From the sequence record NC_025430.1: DNA of 42,351 nt; one strand, 5' to 3'. Shown one piece after another: positions 1 to 8,134 of this stretch. The notes beneath the pieces were generated by a model. It saw only the letters and a program-made list of their open reading frames with translations. It searched no databases and was not told the DNA's origin. The DNA comes from Escherichia phage vB_EcoM-ep3. Position 1 is the stretch's first letter; every line of letters starts with the position of its first letter. A program made the translations under genes and the position numbers.

Positions 1-27
1 AAAAAAAAACCCCGCCATAACGGCGGG
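1..27 (-). terminator. intrinsic terminator downstream of ssb
   Basis: Hairpin CCCGCC-ATAAC-GGCGGG (11-27) preceded on + strand by A9 (1-9), i.e. followed by a U-run on the - strand transcript; lies just 3' of the SSB stop. A near-identical hairpin recurs at 42328-42344. Confidence 0.7.
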
Positions 28-51
28 TTGATTACTTAGAATGATTTGGAA

Positions 52-537
52 TTAAAACGGGATGTCATCGTCAAAATCCATCGGCGGTTCGTTCGCTGGT
101 GGTTTCTGTTGGCCGCTGTGGGTTGGCTGCTGCGGCTTACCCCATCCGCCTTGCTGGCCGCCCTGGCTTTGCCCACCGGCCTGGTTATCGTTGGCCGCTG
201 ACAGCATCAACAACCGGCCATTCATGCCCACCACGATTTCAGTTGTGTAGCGATCAACGCCAGCCTGGTCCTGCCACTTGCGCGTTTGCAGCGCGCCTTC
301 AATGAACACCTTGCTGCCTTTGCGCAGGTACTGGCTGGCGATTTCTGCCAGCTTTCCGAAGATGACCACGCGGTGCCATTCCGTTTTTTCTTTCTTCTCC
401 CCTGTCTGCTTATCCTTCCAGGTTTCAGACGTGGCAATTGATAACTGCGCCACGCCGTTGCCGTTCGGCAGCGTGCGGAATTCTGGATCGTTGCCTAAGT
501 TGCCAATGATTTCTACTTTGTTCAGTGAACCGGCCAT
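52..537 (-). CDS. ssb: single-stranded DNA-binding protein
   Basis: 161-aa ORF; SSB-like N-terminal region, Gly/Gln-rich linker ([15 protein letters not shown]) and acidic C-terminal tip DFDDDIPF typical of bacterial and phage SSB. Confidence 0.93.
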   Translation of the reverse strand: MAGSLNKVEIIGNLGNDPEFRTLPNGNGVAQLSIATSETWKDKQTGEKKEKTEWHRVVIFGKLAEIASQYLRKGSKVFIEGALQTRKWQDQAGVDRYTTEIVVGMNGRLLMLSAANDNQAGGQSQGGQQGGWGKPQQPTHSGQQKPPANEPPMDFDDDIPF

Positions 538-545
538 AATTGCCC

Positions 546-755
546 CTATTTACGTTTTAAGTGTGCGGCGTGGTCGTTGGCACAATCCGCATCGCAATAA
601 ATTTTCTTGCTGCCTTCCGGGAAATCTTCACCACAGTTCAGGCAGTAACCACGCGCAACAGCTTTAACCGCTGGTGCCTTCTGGAGATGCGCGGCAATCA
701 TCGCCGCGCGTTCCTGTTCTTCACGCTCGCAAGCGCGGTCAATATCATCAGCCAT
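546..755 (-). CDS. TraR/DksA-family C4 zinc-finger protein
   Basis: 69 aa; C-terminal CLNCG...CDADC four-cysteine arrangement as in phage TraR-like proteins; tightly packed in the leftward operon. Confidence 0.6.
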   Translation of the reverse strand: MADDIDRACEREEQERAAMIAAHLQKAPAVKAVARGYCLNCGEDFPEGSKKIYCDADCANDHAAHLKRK

Positions 756-1143
756 GTTCTGCCACCGTGCATTTTGGATGGTGGAAGCCGTCCTGGTGCT
801 GGCACACAGGGCAGCAATCGCGCGGCTGTTCGTTGTCGTTACCAGCTACCGGATGGCGGCCACGTTCCAGCGCGATGACCGCGCCAGCCAGGTAGTTGAT
901 TGCGCCTAACAGTTCCGCCACATCGCGGCCCGCTGGAAGGCGCTGTGATTCCTGCGCTTTCTTCGCTGCCTGGCCGAGTGCGAACCCTGGCCCGTACAGG
1001 TCAATCAGTTTTTGCATGGGCTGCTGGTCAAACGGCTTGTTTACCGCGTGACGTTCGTGGCCTTTGCCACTGGCAGCCTGCGCAAATGCCCGGTCAAGTA
1101 CATCGCGCAGTGATTCATATCCGTTAGCGGGTGGTCGTGTCAT
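748..1143 (-). CDS. hypothetical protein
   Basis: 131-aa ORF in the leftward operon, 8-bp overlap with the downstream gene; Cys/His-rich C-terminus (CCPVCQHQDGFHHPKC); no family recognised by eye. Confidence 0.5.
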   Translation of the reverse strand: MTRPPANGYESLRDVLDRAFAQAASGKGHERHAVNKPFDQQPMQKLIDLYGPGFALGQAAKKAQESQRLPAGRDVAELLGAINYLAGAVIALERGRHPVAGNDNEQPRDCCPVCQHQDGFHHPKCTVAEHG

Positions 1144-1351
1144 TGTCGTTTGCTCCGATCATGTGTTTTGCTTCATACGCTTCCACGCTGGTGATGGAGT
1201 AGCGAACGCGTGAGCCAAATTTTGTATAGGCTGGCCCTTTACCTTTGTTGCGCCAGTTCGCCAGGGTTCCGGTGGTAACTGCGCCATTCCAGCGCAGCAC
1301 CAGTTCCTGTGGCGTCAGATACGTGCTTTGTTTCTGTGCCGGTTGTGCCAT
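1124..1351 (-). CDS. helix-turn-helix DNA-binding protein (AlpA/excisionase-like)
   Basis: 75 aa; segment LTPQELVLRWNGAVTTGTLANWRNKGKGPAY resembles AlpA/Xis-type HTH proteins; overlaps neighbours by 20 and 0 bp. Confidence 0.55.
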   Translation of the reverse strand: MAQPAQKQSTYLTPQELVLRWNGAVTTGTLANWRNKGKGPAYTKFGSRVRYSITSVEAYEAKHMIGANDNDTTTR

Positions 1352-1364
1352 TTTTTACCCTTTC

Positions 1365-2354
1365 TTACTGTGCGCCGGTGCCCATCACCTGGCTGTTTAA
1401 ATCATCAACGTCCTGCGCATCGCCGTTTGCGTTGGCGCGCTGTTCGTCATATGCGCGGGCGGCTTGCAACAATGATTGTTTGAATTCATCGCCCAGCTTT
1501 TTGCGAATTGCTGGTGGGGTTTTGTCCCAGCATTCCTGCGTGTACTGCTCACCCTGTTCGGTAACGCCGCGCAGCTTGTTGCGGTAGGCTTCCACCTTCG
1601 GATCTAACTTGTTGCCACCCTGAACCCACTGACGCAGCGCCAAACCGTCCTGTGCGCTGATGTAGCCAGTTTCACGTCCTAAGATGCCGCGCAATTCTTC
1701 CGGGCACTTCATGACCTGCTGCGCGCTGCCAGAATCCCACATCATCAGGCTGGCGGTCATTTCAAACATCACGTTCTTTTCCGTCACCGGCATGATGCCT
1801 TGCGGTTCATATTCCGTTTTACCGTTGACCTTCACCAGTTTCACTTTTTCACGTGCGCGGATGCAGCAGATGATGTGCATGTTGGATTGCAGCAACGCGT
1901 TCATGAATCGCTTGTGTTCAGCCTTCGCACGGTTCCACTGTGGCTTCATCGGGTTGGCCAGGGTGGCGATTTCTTCGCAGCCGCCTGTTCCTTCCCATTC
2001 GTGCGAAATGCTATCAATCACCAGCACTTCAACGCCTGCCTGTTCAAATTCGCGGATGGCGTCAATGTATCGCTGCGGGCTGAAAGGCGGTTCTAAATCG
2101 CCAATCCAAAACGCGTCCGGGCGTTCTTTCAGTCCAAGTGATTCCTGGATTTTTTCATAAGTGTCATCACTGGCATACAGTGAGCCACGGCGGTTTTCAG
2201 TATCGAGAAAGCCAACCTTTGTGCCGTCACCGTTAGCCAGGCCATATGCCAGCATAAGTGCTGACAGGGTTTTGCCGCTGCCGCTGATACCTGCCAGGCC
2301 GATTACCAGGCGCGCGCCTTCACGTTCTGCCTTACGAATATTAATTACTGCCAT
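1365..2354 (-). CDS. AAA-family ATPase (RecA-fold, Sak4/AAA_24-like)
   Basis: 329 aa; Walker A GLAGISGSGKT, Walker B-like hydrophobic stretch VLVIDSISHEW; sits between exonuclease and SSB as in phage recombination modules. Confidence 0.75.
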   Translation of the reverse strand: MAVINIRKAEREGARLVIGLAGISGSGKTLSALMLAYGLANGDGTKVGFLDTENRRGSLYASDDTYEKIQESLGLKERPDAFWIGDLEPPFSPQRYIDAIREFEQAGVEVLVIDSISHEWEGTGGCEEIATLANPMKPQWNRAKAEHKRFMNALLQSNMHIICCIRAREKVKLVKVNGKTEYEPQGIMPVTEKNVMFEMTASLMMWDSGSAQQVMKCPEELRGILGRETGYISAQDGLALRQWVQGGNKLDPKVEAYRNKLRGVTEQGEQYTQECWDKTPPAIRKKLGDEFKQSLLQAARAYDEQRANANGDAQDVDDLNSQVMGTGAQ

Positions 2355-2381
2355 TGTTTTTAGTCTCTTAGGTGATGAAAA

Positions 2382-3524
2382 TTAAGCCGCACCAACCAGG
2401 TGGGCGTTTTTGTTGGCGTGCCACGCTGGCAGGCTGATGGTCTGGATTTTATCGCCGTATCCAGGCCAAACACCTGTGCGCACGCATTCAGCGTAGACAC
2501 GCAAATCATGCTGGTATTGTGCGCGGCCAATTTCTACGCCTTCGCTATCCAGTACATAAACACCAACTGCGTAAGGCGGTTTTTTCTCAACGGCGATAAA
2601 CGCAAAGTGTTTAGGATAACCACGCCAGAAATCAGGGCGGCAGCGGCACAGAACACCGGTCACCGGATCAGTCCAGTAAACTGATAATTCTGCTTTGCCT
2701 TCGTGCGGAGGCGTGCACTTGCCCTGTTCCAGAGCCAGACGCGTGCCGTCCATGTAGTATGCGTGTTGCACGTCATAGCGCCAGTTGGCGATTGATTTTG
2801 CGAACCCTTCCGGGCTGGCATCTTCGGTGGTTTTCAAGTCACCAATGATGTCTTTGACGTGGTGCAGGATAGCGAACGCTGCCGGATGATTCATTACCGC
2901 GTCACGCATGGCAAAAATTTGTTCAAACGCTTCCGGTGATAGCACTTTGCGTTCGCTGTTATTGCGCTGCCATTCTTCCAGCACATCTGACCACAGTGTG
3001 ACTTCAACGCCGTTGGCGCGCAGCAGGTTGGCCAGCTCATGACGGCTGCCGCTGGTGGATAGTTTGCCAGGACGGTCAATATTCAACTGGTTGATGATTT
3101 CTTTCAGGTCTGGCGCTTTCATCGCGTTAAGCTGTTCAGTAGTCCAGGTTTCAACAGGCTGGTTTTCCAGGATGCGTTCAACCAGTTCGCCTTTGTTGCC
3201 ACCAGTCAGCAGCTTAGGCAGGCGGCCTTCGTTCAGCTTGTTGACCATTTCCACCAGCACTTCACGGTCATCAATAGCATCAGGCACATCAGGACGGCGC
3301 AGCGCCAGGCAATAGGTTTTTGCGAATTCTTCCGGTTCAAGAATTGCCATATGCACAGCCGTGCCGATTTCCTGCGCTGGTGTTGGCGTGCGGTCATTAG
3401 CAGCAGTCACAACAGCGTTGTAGTGCATCGGGCTGCGGTGCACCAAATCCAGGCCAGATTTACTGATGCCTGGTCCGCCGTGGTATTCAGCGTTGGGAAT
3501 ACCTTCGTAAACTCCTGGTTTCAT
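2382..3524 (-). CDS. PD-(D/E)XK-type nuclease (phage exonuclease-like)
   Basis: About 380 aa; N-terminal GIPNAEYHGG...SKSGL motif typical of phage RecB/Cas4-like exonucleases; start moved to ATG at 3524 (MKPGV) with GAGG 8 nt upstream, rather than the longer ORF-track start at 3539. Confidence 0.7.
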   Translation of the reverse strand: MKPGVYEGIPNAEYHGGPGISKSGLDLVHRSPMHYNAVVTAANDRTPTPAQEIGTAVHMAILEPEEFAKTYCLALRRPDVPDAIDDREVLVEMVNKLNEGRLPKLLTGGNKGELVERILENQPVETWTTEQLNAMKAPDLKEIINQLNIDRPGKLSTSGSRHELANLLRANGVEVTLWSDVLEEWQRNNSERKVLSPEAFEQIFAMRDAVMNHPAAFAILHHVKDIIGDLKTTEDASPEGFAKSIANWRYDVQHAYYMDGTRLALEQGKCTPPHEGKAELSVYWTDPVTGVLCRCRPDFWRGYPKHFAFIAVEKKPPYAVGVYVLDSEGVEIGRAQYQHDLRVYAECVRTGVWPGYGDKIQTISLPAWHANKNAHLVGAA

Positions 3525-3575
3525 TATGTTACCTCGCAATTATTATTTAACATGAATTCGGATTAACTGCGGTGA

Positions 3576-3605
3576 ATTATGGCTGACGTGTTGTTATACT
3601 GTCAA
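3576..3605 (-). promoter_or_regulatory. candidate sigma70 promoter of the leftward early operon
   Basis: On the - strand: TTGACA (rc of 3600-3605), 18-nt spacer, CATAAT (rc of 3576-3581); about 45 nt upstream of the exonuclease start. Confidence 0.45.
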
Positions 3606-3662
3606 CTTATTTGTAACTAACATTGTTTAGATCAGCGTCACGCTCGCTAATCAACAAACCTT

Positions 3663-3714
3663 AGCTGTACATCAGCTATGCGTTTTTTGCACATCGCGGC
3701 TTGATTGACGTCAA
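3663..3714. promoter_or_regulatory. palindromes in the divergent intergenic region (candidate operators)
   Basis: AGCTG-N5-CAGCT at 3663-3677 and perfect 10-bp palindrome TTGACGTCAA at 3705-3714, between the two divergent promoters. Confidence 0.35.
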
Positions 3715-3730
3715 TGAACATTACTACTGG

Positions 3731-3760
3731 TTGCAACGTCGCCATGTAGTAACATACAAT
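3731..3760 (+). promoter_or_regulatory. candidate sigma70 promoter of the rightward operon
   Basis: TTGCAA (3731-3736), 18-nt spacer, TACAAT (3755-3760); about 40 nt upstream of the helicase start. Confidence 0.4.
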
Positions 3761-3797
3761 TGCGAATACTTTAAATGATGGCGAATGAACGATAATT

Positions 3798-5216
3798 ATG
3801 GGCGTAATACTTAGGGACTATCAATCCGACATTATCAATAAGGCGCGCCTTTCTATGCGGCGCAACCGCCGCGTGTTATTGCAGGCACCAACAGGCGCGG
3901 GCAAAACTGCGCTGGCGTCATACATGGCTGGGGAAACATCGGCCAAAGGCCAGCAGGTGTGGTTTATTTGCCACCGCGCTGAACTGGTATTACAGACCAG
4001 TTTGACATTCAGGAAGTTCGGCATTGACCACGGCTTTATTGCCGCAGGCTATCCCATGAACCTGCGCGCCGGGGTGCAGGTGTGCAGCATCGACACCCTG
4101 AAAAACCGCCTGCACACCCTGCCAGCTCCTAAGCTGGCCATCATGGACGAAGCGCACCACTGTGGCGCGGCTGGATGGGCGCGCGTCAACGCCTGGCTGT
4201 TCGAGAATGGCGCGTATGTAATCGGCCTGTCAGCCACGCCAAAGCGCCTGGACGGCACCGGCCTGGATGACCACTTTGATGACATCGTGTTGGGGCCATC
4301 GGTGCGCTGGCTGATGGATAACGGCCACCTGTCTGATTATCGCATGTTCTGCCCGGACATCCCTGACATGAAGGGTGTACGCAAACAGATGGGCGATTTC
4401 TCAAAAGGAGAAACCGCCGAGAAGATGGATAAGCCGAAACTAACCGGCAACATCATCAGCCACTGGCTGAAATACGCCAGGGGCATGAAAACGGTTGGCT
4501 TTGCGGTCAACATCGCGCACAGCCGCCACTTAACGCAGGCATTCATTGATTCAGGCATCCGCGCCGCGCACCTGGATGGCGGCACCGATAAGGCGGAACG
4601 CAAGCGCATCATTCAGGACTATGCCAACGACAACCTGGATGTGATTTTCAACGTGTCGCTGTTCGGTGAAGGTTTCGACCTGTCAGCTATCGCACAGACT
4701 GACGTGACGATTGACTGCCTGATTGACGCGCAGCCCACACAATCATTGTCGCTGGTTTTGCAGAAAGATGGCCGCGTGTTGCGACCGTCCAAAGGCAAAA
4801 CCGCCATCATCCTGGACCACGCAGGCAATGCGCTGCGTCATGGCTTCCCTGACGATGAACGGGAATGGTCACTGGCTGGCGATGATAGCGGCAGCAAATC
4901 CAGCAGTGCTGGTGGTCCACCGCCGCCAGTCATCTGCAAAGGCTGTTTCAACGCCATCCGCCGACCACTGCCGCCGAAGTGCCCGCACTGCCAGAAGGAA
5001 CTACAGGCCGAAGCCAAAGAAATTGAAGTGGCAGAAGGAGAACTGCGCGAAATGGACGAACGCGCCAAAGAAAGCCTGCGCGCCAAGATGAGGCGCGAGG
5101 AGGACGCTTGCAAGGATATTGGCGCACTTACTGCCCTGGCGATGAAACGCGGGCTGCCGAACCCATCAGGGTGGGCCATAGCGAAGATGGGTGGAAGAAG
5201 ATTTAAGCGCAAATAG
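3798..5216 (+). CDS. superfamily-2 DNA helicase with C-terminal zinc ribbon
   Basis: 472 aa; motif I LLQAPTGAGKT, motif II AIMDEAHH (DEAH-like), GLSATP motif III, C-terminal CKGCF...CPHCQ zinc ribbon. Confidence 0.85.
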   Translation: MGVILRDYQSDIINKARLSMRRNRRVLLQAPTGAGKTALASYMAGETSAKGQQVWFICHRAELVLQTSLTFRKFGIDHGFIAAGYPMNLRAGVQVCSIDTLKNRLHTLPAPKLAIMDEAHHCGAAGWARVNAWLFENGAYVIGLSATPKRLDGTGLDDHFDDIVLGPSVRWLMDNGHLSDYRMFCPDIPDMKGVRKQMGDFSKGETAEKMDKPKLTGNIISHWLKYARGMKTVGFAVNIAHSRHLTQAFIDSGIRAAHLDGGTDKAERKRIIQDYANDNLDVIFNVSLFGEGFDLSAIAQTDVTIDCLIDAQPTQSLSLVLQKDGRVLRPSKGKTAIILDHAGNALRHGFPDDEREWSLAGDDSGSKSSSAGGPPPPVICKGCFNAIRRPLPPKCPHCQKELQAEAKEIEVAEGELREMDERAKESLRAKMRREEDACKDIGALTALAMKRGLPNPSGWAIAKMGGRRFKRK

Positions 5217-5320
5217 TAGAGTAATTAATAGGTATAACCGATTGGCGATATTTACCAAAGGAAATGTATAGTTATTTCACCGGCACACAGGTGCCCAACA
5301 ACAAAAGAGGAAACACCCAA

Positions 5321-5989
5321 ATGGCACGTTTAACCGCTGCAATCCGTGATGGCATCATTGCCAACGCAATCAAAACCAAAGACTTTGCAGGCCGTGACAT
5401 GGCTATTGTTCAGAAGCGCGCTGATTTTGCTGAACGTCTGCGCAAGTATGCGCTTGCACAATATGGCCTTACTGATGCGCGCCTTATTGAAATTAAAAAG
5501 CAGATTGAAGAACTGCAAAACGAAGTTAAGCACGAAGGAGCAAGGTTCGTTCGAATTACTTTTGACTCAACTAACCGTGCTTGGGATGTGAACCTGGCAG
5601 GACAGGCGCGCAGGCTTTATCTTGATGGTACTTGTTCAGGGGAAAGCGTAAAACCGCTTTATAGTGATTCACGCGTAGAATACAGCGACGATAAAATTAC
5701 TCCACATTTCCATGAATCTGATTTCACAGTGCGCGATCCTAAATGGCGCGAAGAACTGGACGCCATTGACCTGGAAGCGGCGCAACTGCGTGAAGAATAC
5801 AACACGCTTAAATCAACACTGGCAGCGACAATTTCAGGATTCACGACGGTGGAAAAACTTCTGGAAGCCTGGCCAGACGCGAAAGAACTGATTCCAGAAA
5901 CAACGCCGATTGCTAAACATCCAGGAACAGGCATTGCGCTGTCGGTAGCTGAACTTAACGCGCTGTGTGGAATTCCTACCGGAAAATAA
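5321..5989 (+). CDS. hypothetical protein
   Basis: ORF trimmed to ATG 5321 (MARLTAAIRD) with AAGAGG 10 nt upstream; coding-like composition, coiled-coil-like central region; no family recognised. Confidence 0.55.
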   Translation: MARLTAAIRDGIIANAIKTKDFAGRDMAIVQKRADFAERLRKYALAQYGLTDARLIEIKKQIEELQNEVKHEGARFVRITFDSTNRAWDVNLAGQARRLYLDGTCSGESVKPLYSDSRVEYSDDKITPHFHESDFTVRDPKWREELDAIDLEAAQLREEYNTLKSTLAATISGFTTVEKLLEAWPDAKELIPETTPIAKHPGTGIALSVAELNALCGIPTGK

Positions 5990-6032
5990 CAAACAATGCC
6001 CGGTGCGCCGGGCAGTTCTCACAGGTGACACC

Positions 6033-6425
6033 ATGAAAAAACTTATCATCGCCGCTTTCATCCTGGCGGCCACCAGCGTCACTGCACAGGCGCGCGAATG
6101 TCTGCCAGGCATGGACCCGGCAAAAGACAACTGCCAGGTGACGGAAGAACAGGAACCGGCACCACAGCCGGAATTACAGGACGTTGACCAGGTTTACTAC
6201 TGCCTGGAACTGCAAAAAATCGCCGTCAAAATCGCTGAACTGCGCGACAAAGGCGCAGGCGAACAGGGCGTGGTCACACTGCTGGCTAACAACAACCAGA
6301 ACCGCATCATTTGGGTGGCGCGCCAGGTGTTCTGGCCGCAATCGGCAAGCCTTCGTCCTGAACAAATCGGCCTGCGTGTGTGGATGCGCTGCAATTCTGG
6401 TGAATATCCGGGAGCCGTCAAATGA
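6033..6425 (+). CDS. putative secreted/periplasmic protein
   Basis: Start trimmed to MKKLIIAAFILAATSVTAQA, a typical Sec signal peptide with AQA cleavage motif; about 130 aa. Confidence 0.55.
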   Translation: MKKLIIAAFILAATSVTAQARECLPGMDPAKDNCQVTEEQEPAPQPELQDVDQVYYCLELQKIAVKIAELRDKGAGEQGVVTLLANNNQNRIIWVARQVFWPQSASLRPEQIGLRVWMRCNSGEYPGAVK

Positions 6426-6529
6426 AACTGTTCCTGCGTGGCGTCCTGGCGATGCTGCATGATGAATTATTCTGGCTGCTGGTGGTGCTGGCCGCCTGTG
6501 CTTACCTGGTGGGGGTTATCTATGGCTAA
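6422..6529 (+). CDS. small hydrophobic membrane peptide (35 aa)
   Basis: ATG at 6422 to TAA at 6527-6529, frame checked: MKLFLRGVLAMLHDELFWLLVVLAACAYLVGVIYG; below the ORF-track size cutoff; its stop overlaps the start of the next gene. Confidence 0.35.
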   Translation: MKLFLRGVLAMLHDELFWLLVVLAACAYLVGVIYG

Positions 6530-6932
6530 CAAAGAACACGCGTTGCAGAACGCAATCCGCAACGCACTGGCGGGTCGCTGCCTGCTGTTTCGCGCCAACG
6601 TGGGCAAGGCGTACACCAGCAATGACGTGGTGAAGGTGCCGCGCCAGATGCCGGTTGTGATGGGGCCGCGTGACGTGCTGCTGAAAAACGCCAGGCCGTT
6701 TGACACCGGGCTGCCGCCAGGGTTTTCCGACCTGTTCGGCCTGGTCAGTGTAGAAATCACACCTGACATGGTGGGGCAGAAAGTGGCCATCTTCACCGGC
6801 CTGGAAGTCAAAGACGGTGCCCGCGTGTCACCATTGCAGCGAAACTTCATCAACGCGGTGAACGACAACGGGGGCCGCGCCGGTGTTGTGCGGTCAGTGG
6901 ATGACGCTGAAAAACTGGTGTTCGGAAAATGA
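6522..6932 (+). CDS. VRR-NUC domain nuclease
   Basis: Start trimmed to MANKEHALQNAIRNALAG; conserved-looking GFSDLFG...EVKDGARVSPLQRNFINAV region resembles VRR-NUC (PD-(D/E)XK) proteins. Confidence 0.7.
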   Translation: MANKEHALQNAIRNALAGRCLLFRANVGKAYTSNDVVKVPRQMPVVMGPRDVLLKNARPFDTGLPPGFSDLFGLVSVEITPDMVGQKVAIFTGLEVKDGARVSPLQRNFINAVNDNGGRAGVVRSVDDAEKLVFGK

Positions 6933-7007
6933 GCATAAAACACATAGCAGCCGACGCACTGCGCTACAGCGTCGAAACCGGACAATCAATGATGGAGCGG
7001 CTAAACC

Positions 7008-7172
7008 ATGATGACAATAGAAAGCATTCGCAGACTGTTTGCAGAAGCACTGGTGACCAGGAACCACATCACGTTCCTGGCGGCCAAAACGGCAATGTGG
7101 AATCTGAACCGTTACGGCATGTTGACGGCGATTGACGTGGAAAACCTGAAAAAAACGTGGGGTGTTGAATGA
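7008..7172 (+). CDS. hypothetical small protein (54 aa)
   Basis: Frame-checked ORF MMTIESIRRLFAEALVTRNHITFLAAKTAMWNLNRYGMLTAIDVENLKKTWGVE; GGAGCGG upstream; stop overlaps the next start (ATGA). Preferred over the overlapping ORF-track entry 6929..7135. Confidence 0.45.
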   Translation: MMTIESIRRLFAEALVTRNHITFLAAKTAMWNLNRYGMLTAIDVENLKKTWGVE

Positions 7173-7405
7173 ATATTTTCAAAGTAGCAATGCAGCGGCT
7201 GGTTGACGCCTGGAAGTTATCAGCCAGGGAAATCAGCCTGGGTTTTCAAATGGCGCTGGTGCGCGCTGGCTGGCGTCCAAAGGTGCGGTCAATGCAAGTG
7301 GTGCTGGACTATCCGAAGCCAGGGCCACGCCGTTCACGCTTCACCGGCATTGCAGCCATGCGCCGTGAAGCACGCCGCAAACGTAACCGGAGGCACGCAG
7401 CATGA
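7169..7405 (+). CDS. hypothetical protein
   Basis: 78 aa, basic C-terminus; ATGA-coupled to both neighbours. Confidence 0.45.
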   Translation: MNIFKVAMQRLVDAWKLSAREISLGFQMALVRAGWRPKVRSMQVVLDYPKPGPRRSRFTGIAAMRREARRKRNRRHAA

Positions 7406-7626
7406 ACCCGGTAGACTTCATCAAAAAACAAGTCATGGCCGAACTGGTGAAGCAAGGCGCATCACCTGGCACAGCGCAGCACGCGGCTGACTACGCGGCG
7501 CAACAGTACCGCACCACGTCAGCCATCGGCAAAGACCCGTTCGCTGAACTGATACGCCTGGCAGGCGCAATGGCCATGAAGCACCAGGCCGGTTTCCGCT
7601 TCGTGATGCCGCGCGCATCAAAATGA
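7402..7626 (+). CDS. hypothetical protein
   Basis: 74 aa; ATGA overlap with the upstream gene; coding-like composition. Confidence 0.5.
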   Translation: MNPVDFIKKQVMAELVKQGASPGTAQHAADYAAQQYRTTSAIGKDPFAELIRLAGAMAMKHQAGFRFVMPRASK

Positions 7627-7648
7627 CGTAAGATTATTTCAAAAGGTA

Positions 7649-7686
7649 TTTACTTTCGGAAATGCGCCCTGTACTATGGGCGCATT
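7649..7686 (+). promoter_or_regulatory. candidate promoter with overlapping inverted-repeat operator
   Basis: TTTACT (7649-7654), 17-nt spacer, TACTAT (7672-7677); perfect 9-bp inverted repeat AATGCGCCC (7661-7669) / GGGCGCATT (7678-7686) straddles the -10; 20 nt upstream of the HTH gene. Confidence 0.45.
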
Positions 7687-7706
7687 GTTATTACGAGGCT
7701 ATTACT

Positions 7707-7895
7707 ATGGACGAAAGGACCGAACGACTTCACAACATTATGGCTGAACATGGCTTAACCTGCCGCGACGTTGGCCGTTTACTTGGGCGCACTGAACAAA
7801 CGGTGCTTATCTGGCGCTGTAAGGGCGGGAAAGTCATTCCGACCCACCAGCTTGAATTGCTTGAACTGAAACTGAACGCGCAGGCGGAAAAATGA
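7707..7895 (+). CDS. helix-turn-helix transcriptional regulator
   Basis: Trimmed to ATG 7707 (MDERTERL); HTH-like segment LTCRDVGRLLGRTEQTVLIWR; the longer ORF-track start at 7662 lies inside the palindrome. Confidence 0.55.
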   Translation: MDERTERLHNIMAEHGLTCRDVGRLLGRTEQTVLIWRCKGGKVIPTHQLELLELKLNAQAEK

Positions 7896-8122
7896 ACGCC
7901 TGTACCTGGCAGCCAACCACAGTGACGCTGCAAGATGGGCGCGAAGTGTTGAGCGATAGCCGGGAATGGTTGCTGGAATGCGAAGCCAAATACGTTCTGA
8001 ATCAGCCAACCATTGAAGCACGGCGCACCCTGCTGGCAGCGATAGAAAAACGGCGCGGCGCAACAGCCCGCGAAGAACTAGAACAACGCGCACTGGCCAT
8101 ATGGCGCGCTAACAGGCCATAA
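7892..8122 (+). CDS. hypothetical protein
   Basis: 76 aa; ATGA overlap with the HTH gene; immediately upstream of the primase. Confidence 0.5.
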   Translation: MNACTWQPTTVTLQDGREVLSDSREWLLECEAKYVLNQPTIEARRTLLAAIEKRRGATAREELEQRALAIWRANRP

Positions 8123-8134
8123 AATCGGGGTTCT

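Noticed and set aside
6929-7135. 68-aa ORF-track entry overlapping the 7008-7172 small gene
   Set aside because: The alternative frame (7008-7172) has a cleaner protein-like sequence, an RBS and ATGA coupling to the next gene; the 6929 frame is biased and ends without coupling.
7203-7490. 95-aa alternative-frame ORF
   Set aside because: Trp/Cys-rich implausible translation; conflicts with the ATGA-coupled genes 7169-7405 and 7402-7626.
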